A stretch of 64,000 nt of DNA from an uncultured Actinomycetes bacterium. GTDB lineage: Bacteria; Actinomycetota; UBA4738; HRBIN12. The notes beneath the pieces are model-generated. The model saw only the letters and a list, made by a program, of their open reading frames with translations. It did not search any database and had not been told where the DNA came from. The stretch spans positions 2,316,173-2,380,172 of the forward strand of contig CAVQPR010000001.1 of assembly GCA_963714865.1 (NCBI GenBank), given 5' to 3'. This document shows positions 55,851 to 64,000 of this stretch, piece after piece (the first letter of the stretch is position 1; every line of letters starts with the position of its first letter). The translations under genes were made by a program, and so were the position numbers.

Positions 55851-57636
55851 CGAACAGGGTCAGCGGTCCGACGGGGGTACCGCCGTACCGCACCGACCGG
55901 CCGCCCGGCTCGAACTCCGGGGAGGTCGCCAGGATCGTTGCCCCCTCGGGCAGGAGGATGCGGATGCGAACGGACCCTCCCACGGCCAGAGGCTGAGGGA
56001 TGAGTCGCAGCGTGTACGTCGACGTATCCTCGGACCGAACGACTGCGTCGCGGCGCCCGTAGGTCACGAGCAGTGTCATCGTCCCGCGCGACCGTGCCGA
56101 GAGCTCGCCCCGCACGGCCGAGCCGCGCTCGTCTGCGACGATCTCGGTCACACTGGGCGTGCTCGTCTCCGCCGCCACGTCACCAACCCCGGACGGCAGT
56201 AGGAGTCGCACATCTGCGGCGAACCAGCCGACGGGCTCGGTGGCGAACTCGGGCCCCAGCAAGGCGGACGCAGGATCCGACGGCGCTCGGTTCCGCAGCT
56301 CAACCGTGGTCTTGACCTGGGCAGAGCCGTCGTCCGTGAGCGTGATCACGCTGGTGGTCACCCACTTCGCGAAGGTCCCGGCTCGGTTGTCGGCCGCGAG
56401 CGTCGCCGTGAAGGCGAGCGGGTTGTCTCCCGCAACGTATGAGCCTCCGGCACCCAGTCCCCGTATCCAACGACGCTCCCTGGGTCGAGTGGTGTACACG
56501 ATCAGATGCCGACCTGCCACGAGTCGGGACGTTGACAGCGCGAAGGCCTCGGTCGAGGGGCTTCGCTCCAGCACGGCGTCGATCGCGGCAGAGGAGAGCG
56601 CGGCCTGGTCGTCGTCGCCGAGGCCCGCGTCGGTTACCAGATAGGGCGTGCGCTCGAGCGCCGATATGGCGGTCTGGAACCTGAGCGGGCCCGACGTCGT
56701 TTCGACGTCGCCCACCATCCAGAGCAGGCCCTGGATCCCCACCGAGTCGGTCAGCAGCACTCCGTCGAGGGCGCCGAAGCCGGCCACTTCGGCCGCGGCG
56801 AGAAGCGCCCGGCTGGTCGTGGGTCCGTCGGGCGAGTCGGTTGCGGTCGCGAACGCCTTGCCTGCGGGCTGAAGCGGCTCGAGGCTCAGGACCCCGTCCA
56901 CCGCGCTCAGCACGCCGACGGGCCCTGCCCGGCCTCCCATCGGGAACGGCTGCCCCAGTCGCTGGACGGCAACCAGATACCGCCTCGGCTCGGACCCCCC
57001 GAACATCTGTGGCGCGAGCTCGGCGAGGTCGGCCGCATCGGAGGCGAGGTCGGCTCGTCGGACGAGTGACTCGACGGCGTCCTCGTACCCCGTGGCGACC
57101 GGGCCGACCAGGCGTAGCGAACCTTCGTTCACCAGGCTGTCACGAGTGTCGGCGAGCATCTCCTCGACCGTGCGTAGCAGCGGGGCCGCCGTTTCGACCG
57201 CCTCGAGATCGATCCGTCCGAGCCCGTCGATCGCCGGCAGTCGCAGGTCGTTCCATCGAAGTGCGATAGCGGCATCGACGAGAACGAGCCCCGCCTCGGC
57301 CGAGCGTCGCTCCGCCTCGGCGACCGCCACGACGCCGTCCACGTTGTCGCCGATCAACGGAAGGAGGCGTGCCAGTCGCATCGAAGGGTGTCCGGCAGCA
57401 TCGAGCGCCTGCTCGGATTCCGCGATCGCGTCGACGAAGGCCCGGCCACCCGGTCCCTGGTCGCCGGTGAGGACCGACTCGATGCCGGCCGACAGTGACG
57501 ATCGCGCCGACGTGACGCCCGAGATCATCGAACGTGCCGACCACACGCCATCGAGAGCGAGGAGCGCCAGCCCGGCGCACAACCCGGCGACGATGCCCCA
57601 GGTGATGGCCCGCCGCCGACCCCGAACGCCCTTCAC
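55837..57636 (-). CDS. DUF4012-like membrane-anchored envelope protein
   Basis: N-terminal TM (ITWGIVAGLCAGLALLAL) followed by a large external domain. The family call comes from memory of actinobacterial cell-wall clusters and is tentative. Confidence 0.5.
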   Translation of the reverse strand: MKGVRGRRRAITWGIVAGLCAGLALLALDGVWSARSMISGVTSARSSLSAGIESVLTGDQGPGGRAFVDAIAESEQALDAAGHPSMRLARLLPLIGDNVDGVVAVAEAERRSAEAGLVLVDAAIALRWNDLRLPAIDGLGRIDLEAVETAAPLLRTVEEMLADTRDSLVNEGSLRLVGPVATGYEDAVESLVRRADLASDAADLAELAPQMFGGSEPRRYLVAVQRLGQPFPMGGRAGPVGVLSAVDGVLSLEPLQPAGKAFATATDSPDGPTTSRALLAAAEVAGFGALDGVLLTDSVGIQGLLWMVGDVETTSGPLRFQTAISALERTPYLVTDAGLGDDDQAALSSAAIDAVLERSPSTEAFALSTSRLVAGRHLIVYTTRPRERRWIRGLGAGGSYVAGDNPLAFTATLAADNRAGTFAKWVTTSVITLTDDGSAQVKTTVELRNRAPSDPASALLGPEFATEPVGWFAADVRLLLPSGVGDVAAETSTPSVTEIVADERGSAVRGELSARSRGTMTLLVTYGRRDAVVRSEDTSTYTLRLIPQPLAVGGSVRIRILLPEGATILATSPEFEPGGRSVRYGGTPVGPLTLFVSYR

Positions 57637-57709
57637 GCAGGGACCCTACCGCACGTCCTGACCCGCAACGAGGCCGCGGAAGGGGGTCGAAACCGAGCTC
57701 GCCAGAGGG

Positions 57710-57738
57710 TTGACCCGGGTTGCCCGGCGGCGTACCCT
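57710..57738 (+). promoter_or_regulatory. Candidate promoter TTGACC-N17-TACCCT upstream of rpoB
   Basis: -35 at 57710-57715 and -10 at 57733-57738. Confidence 0.3.
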
Positions 57739-57772
57739 TCCCGCGTTCCCGCCCGGAGCACGGTCGGTGCCG

Positions 57773-57801
57773 TTGACGGTGCCCGGCTTCGTGCGTACAG
57801 T
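57773..57801 (+). promoter_or_regulatory. Candidate promoter TTGACG-N17-TACAGT upstream of rpoB
   Basis: -35 at 57773-57778 and -10 at 57796-57801. About 95 nt before the rpoB start. Confidence 0.45.
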
Positions 57802-57810
57802 ATCCGTTTG

Positions 57811-57870
57811 CCGTGCCGTCCACCGCGCATCGCCGTGCCGCCGTGCCGTTCATCGGGCATCGCCGTGCGC
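57811..57870 (+). repeat. Imperfect 30-nt tandem duplication in the rpoB leader
   Basis: ccgtgccgtccaccgcgcatcgccgtgccg followed by ccgtgccgttcatcgggcatcgccgtgcgc. Confidence 0.7.
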
Positions 57871-57898
57871 CGGTCTATGTTCCTGGGAGGGATCGTAC

Positions 57899-60800
57899 TT
57901 GCCTGACCAGCTCGTCCCTGTCCGCGATCGTGTCAGTTTCGCCAAGCTCGAGGAGGTTCTCCCTCTTCCCGACCTCGTGGGGATCCAGCGTGAGTCGTTC
58001 GACTGGCTCCTGAACGAGGGGCTCAAGGAGGTTCTCGACGAGGTCTCCCCGATCGAGGACTTCACCGAACAGTTCCAGCTCTACTTCGGGACGCACCACT
58101 TCAAGGAAGTGAAGAACTCCGAGGAGGAGTGCCGCGACAAGGACATCACCTACAGCCAGCCGTTGTTCGTCGAGGCTACGTTCGTCAACAAGGTCACGGG
58201 TGAGATCAAGGAACAAGAAGTCTTCATGGGGGACTTCCCGATCATGACCGAGCGCGGGACCTTCATCATCAACGGGACCGAGCGTGTCGTGGTATCGCAG
58301 CTTGTGCGCTCGCCCGGCACGTACTTCTCCCGCGATCTGGACAAGACGTCGGACAAGGAGGTCTTCGTCGCGAAGATCATCCCCAGTCGGGGTGCGTGGC
58401 TCGAACTCGACGTCGACAAGAAGGACACCGTCGGCGTCAGGATCGATCGCAAGCGGCGCCAGTTCGTCACGGTATTGCTCAAGGCTCTCGGATGGACCAC
58501 CGACGAGATCCTGACGTTGTTCGATAATGCCGAGTCGATCCGCAACACCCTGGAGAAGGACCACGTCGAGACCCAGGAGGAGGCGCTCGAGGACATCTAC
58601 CGCAAGCTCCGGCCGGGCGAGCCGCCCACCGCCGAGAGCGCGAAGACGCTGCTCGAGAACCTGTTCTTCAACCCGAAGCGCTACGACGTCGCCAAGGTGG
58701 GGCGGCACAAGGTCGACAAGAAGCTCGGGGCCGCCCAGGGCACCCTTCTCAAGCAGCTGCGCGCCCACCACAAGGGCCTCGGCGAGCTGGACAATCCGGA
58801 CAAGAAGGCCTGGGAGCAGACGAAGTACCGCGTCTTCGCCGACCAGCTCAAGGATGAGAAGGGCGCGGGCGCGCCCAAGTACAAGGCCGTGCTCACGTTC
58901 GAAGACATGCTGAAGACGGTGGCGTACCTCGTGAAGCTCCACGCGGGCGAGGATGGATACGACCCCGACGACATCGACCACTTCGGCAACCGGCGCCTGC
59001 GCTCGGTGGGCGAGCTGATCCAGAACCAGATCCGGATCGGCTTGTCGCGGATGGAGCGGGTCGTCAAGGAACGCATGACCACACAGGACGTCGAGGCGAT
59101 CACGCCCCAGACCCTGATCAACATCCGGCCCGTCGTCGCCTCCATCAAGGAGTTCTTCGGAACCTCTCAGCTGTCGCAGTTCATGGATCAGACGAACACG
59201 CTGGCAGGGCTCACCCACAAGCGGCGACTCTCCGCGCTCGGCCCCGGCGGCCTGTCCCGCGAGCGTGCGGGCTTCGAGGTCCGAGACGTGCACCCGTCGC
59301 ACTACGGACGAATGTGCCCGATCGAGACGCCGGAGGGTCCGAATATCGGGCTGATCGGGTCTCTGTCGACCTTCGCCCGCATCAACGAGTTCGGGTTCAT
59401 CGAGACGCCGTACCGTCGCGTGGAGCGTGGCAAGGTCACCTCGAAGATCGACTACCTGTCCGCCGACGAGGAAGACCGACACGTCATCGCACAGGCCAAC
59501 GCCGTGCTCGACGACTCCGGCAAGTTCGTCAATCCCCAGGTTCTGGTGCGCCGCAAGGGCGGCGAGGTCGACCCGGTGGCGCCGGACGAGATCGACTACA
59601 TGGACGTGTCGCCCAAACAACTGGTGTCGGTGGCGGCCGCGCTGATCCCCTTCCTCGAGCACGACGACGCGAACCGGGCGCTCATGGGCGCGAACATGCA
59701 GCGCCAGGCGGTGCCTCTCCTTCGCTCGGAGGCCCCACTCGTCGGCACCGGCGTCGAGTTCCGCGCCGCGGTCGACGCGGGCGACGTAGTCGTCACCGAG
59801 TCATCGGGCGTCGTCGAGGACGTGTCGGCTGACGAGATCGTCATCAAGGAGCGGTCGGGCGCACTCAAGGTGTACCCGCTGCTCAAATTCCGTCGGTCCA
59901 ATCAGGGCACGTGTCAGAACCAGAAGCCGATCGTGGCCACGGGCGACAAGGTCACGACGGGACAGGTGATCGCCGACGGCCCGTCGACCGAGGCCGGCGA
60001 GATCGCCCTGGGCAAGAACCTGTTGGTCGCCTACATGCCGTGGGAGGGCCACAACTACGAGGACGCGATCATCCTGTCCGAGCGACTGGTCAAGGACGAC
60101 GTCCTCAGCTCGATCCATATCGAGGAGCACGAGGTCGATGCCCGCGACACCAAGCTGGGTGCCGAGGAGATCACGCGCGACATCCCGAACGTGAGCGAGG
60201 AGATCCTCAAGGACCTCGATGAGCGCGGGATCGTGCGGGTGGGAGCCGAGGTCAACCCCGGCGACTACCTCGTCGGCAAGGTGACGCCCAAGGGTGAGAC
60301 GGAGCTGACGCCCGAGGAACGCCTGCTGCGCGCGATCTTCGGTGAGAAGGCCCGTGAGGTCCGCGACACCTCGCTGAAGGTGCCGCACGGCGAGTCCGGC
60401 AAGGTCATCGGCGTGCGCGTGTTCAATCGGGACGATGGCGACGAGCTGCCCCCGGGCGTCAACCAACTGGTCCGGGTGTACGTGGCCCAGAAGCGCAAGA
60501 TCTCGGACGGGGACAAGCTGGCCGGTCGTCACGGGAACAAGGGAGTCATCTCGACGATCCTGCCCGAGGAGGACATGCCCTTCCTCGAGGACGGGACGCC
60601 GGTCGACATCATCCTCAACCCCCTCGGCGTGCCCAGCCGGATGAATCTCGGTCAGGTGCTCGAGGCCCATCTGGGGCTCGCCGCACTGTGGGGCTTCACC
60701 AAGGACGGGGTGGACCACGAGGGCCCGGCCCACGTCGCCACTCCGGTATTCGACGGGGCCCGGGAACACGAGATCCTCGAGGCGATCCGGTCGGTGCACC

Positions 60801-61351
60801 CCAACCGCGACGGCCAGAAGATGGTCAACGACGTCGGCAAGGCGCAGTTGATCGACGGACGGTCGGGCGAGCCGTTCGAGGAGCCCGTGACCGTGGGCGT
60901 TGCCTACATCCTGAAGCTGCTCCACCTGGTGGACGACAAGATCCACGCGCGTTCCACCGGGCCGTACTCGATGATCACCCAGCAGCCGCTGGGTGGGAAG
61001 GCGCAGTTCGGGGGCCAGCGCTTCGGCGAGATGGAGGTCTGGGCGCTCGAGGCCTACGGGGCGGCATACGCGCTTCAGGAGCTGCTCACGATCAAGTCCG
61101 ACGACGTCCTGGGCAGGGTCAAGGTCTACGAGGCCATCGTGAAGGGGGAGAACATCCCCGAGCCCGGCATCCCCGAGTCGTTCAAGGTGCTGATCAAGGA
61201 GATGCAGTCTCTCTGCCTCAACGTCGAGGTCCGGTCGTCGACGGGCGAGGAGATCGAGCTCCGCGAGACCGACGAGGACGTGTTCCGAGCCGCCGAGGAG
61301 CTGGGTATCGACCTCAGCCGCCGCGAGCCGGCCGGGGCGGACTTCGATTGA
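57899..61351 (+). CDS. rpoB: DNA-directed RNA polymerase beta subunit
   Basis: GGGAGGG lies 8 nt before the TTG at 57899. [37 protein letters not shown]... is the canonical beta N-terminus. The longest ORF from 57710 would add an implausible Arg/Cys-rich leader. Confidence 0.95.
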   Translation: MPDQLVPVRDRVSFAKLEEVLPLPDLVGIQRESFDWLLNEGLKEVLDEVSPIEDFTEQFQLYFGTHHFKEVKNSEEECRDKDITYSQPLFVEATFVNKVTGEIKEQEVFMGDFPIMTERGTFIINGTERVVVSQLVRSPGTYFSRDLDKTSDKEVFVAKIIPSRGAWLELDVDKKDTVGVRIDRKRRQFVTVLLKALGWTTDEILTLFDNAESIRNTLEKDHVETQEEALEDIYRKLRPGEPPTAESAKTLLENLFFNPKRYDVAKVGRHKVDKKLGAAQGTLLKQLRAHHKGLGELDNPDKKAWEQTKYRVFADQLKDEKGAGAPKYKAVLTFEDMLKTVAYLVKLHAGEDGYDPDDIDHFGNRRLRSVGELIQNQIRIGLSRMERVVKERMTTQDVEAITPQTLINIRPVVASIKEFFGTSQLSQFMDQTNTLAGLTHKRRLSALGPGGLSRERAGFEVRDVHPSHYGRMCPIETPEGPNIGLIGSLSTFARINEFGFIETPYRRVERGKVTSKIDYLSADEEDRHVIAQANAVLDDSGKFVNPQVLVRRKGGEVDPVAPDEIDYMDVSPKQLVSVAAALIPFLEHDDANRALMGANMQRQAVPLLRSEAPLVGTGVEFRAAVDAGDVVVTESSGVVEDVSADEIVIKERSGALKVYPLLKFRRSNQGTCQNQKPIVATGDKVTTGQVIADGPSTEAGEIALGKNLLVAYMPWEGHNYEDAIILSERLVKDDVLSSIHIEEHEVDARDTKLGAEEITRDIPNVSEEILKDLDERGIVRVGAEVNPGDYLVGKVTPKGETELTPEERLLRAIFGEKAREVRDTSLKVPHGESGKVIGVRVFNRDDGDELPPGVNQLVRVYVAQKRKISDGDKLAGRHGNKGVISTILPEEDMPFLEDGTPVDIILNPLGVPSRMNLGQVLEAHLGLAALWGFTKDGVDHEGPAHVATPVFDGAREHEILEAIRSVHPNRDGQKMVNDVGKAQLIDGRSGEPFEEPVTVGVAYILKLLHLVDDKIHARSTGPYSMITQQPLGGKAQFGGQRFGEMEVWALEAYGAAYALQELLTIKSDDVLGRVKVYEAIVKGENIPEPGIPESFKVLIKEMQSLCLNVEVRSSTGEEIELRETDEDVFRAAEELGIDLSRREPAGADFD

Positions 61352-61414
61352 GCGGGAACAAGCAAGCGTTGAACGAGATGTACGGCGAGCCACGCGAGGA
61401 GGCGAGCTAGAACC

Positions 61415-64000
<2,586 letters not shown>

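Overview
Visibly high-GC, Actinomycetota-like chromosomal segment. The backbone is the conserved translation and transcription cluster: tRNA-Tyr ... tRNA-Thr ... tRNA-Met-tuf-rpmG-(hadA/hadB-like)-tRNA-Trp-secE-nusG-rplK-rplA ... rplJ-rplL ... rpoB-rpoC. rpoC runs off the 3' edge. Accessory blocks sit in the gaps of this backbone. About 34 kb lies between tRNA-Tyr and tRNA-Thr. It holds a seven-gene, translationally coupled molybdopterin oxidoreductase operon (NarI-like cytochrome b, NarB-like Mo subunit, 4-cluster FeS, Tat-type Rieske, small membrane protein, TehA/TDT-type anion transporter, unknown). It also holds an ECF sigma / membrane protein / SxxK hydrolase string, an LAL-type LuxR regulator, PadR-DUF1048, a CrtI-like oxidase, an F420-type nitroreductase, dinB, a patch of gene remnants, and a cAMP signalling block (class III cyclase, Crp, GAF, intracellular S8 protease, MFS-cNMP fusion). 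Surface and glycan genes fill the rplA/rplJ and rplL/rpoB gaps. The strongest novelty candidate is at 32.9-33.7 kb: two paralogous mini-genes encode strongly acidic peptides built from nucleotide-perfect 45-nt (15-aa) tandem units, each unit carrying a dibasic KR. They are divergent from the GAF-S8 protease-Crp-cyclase string. Perfect in-frame tandem duplications recur elsewhere (72 nt x3 in a membrane-anchored protein, 27 nt x2 in nusG). Three single-base frame breaks cluster in the first 2 kb. No transposase, integrase, CRISPR array or rRNA was seen. All functional calls rest on motif recognition by eye, with no database search. Many long ORFs in the track are antisense or alternate-frame artefacts of high GC content.
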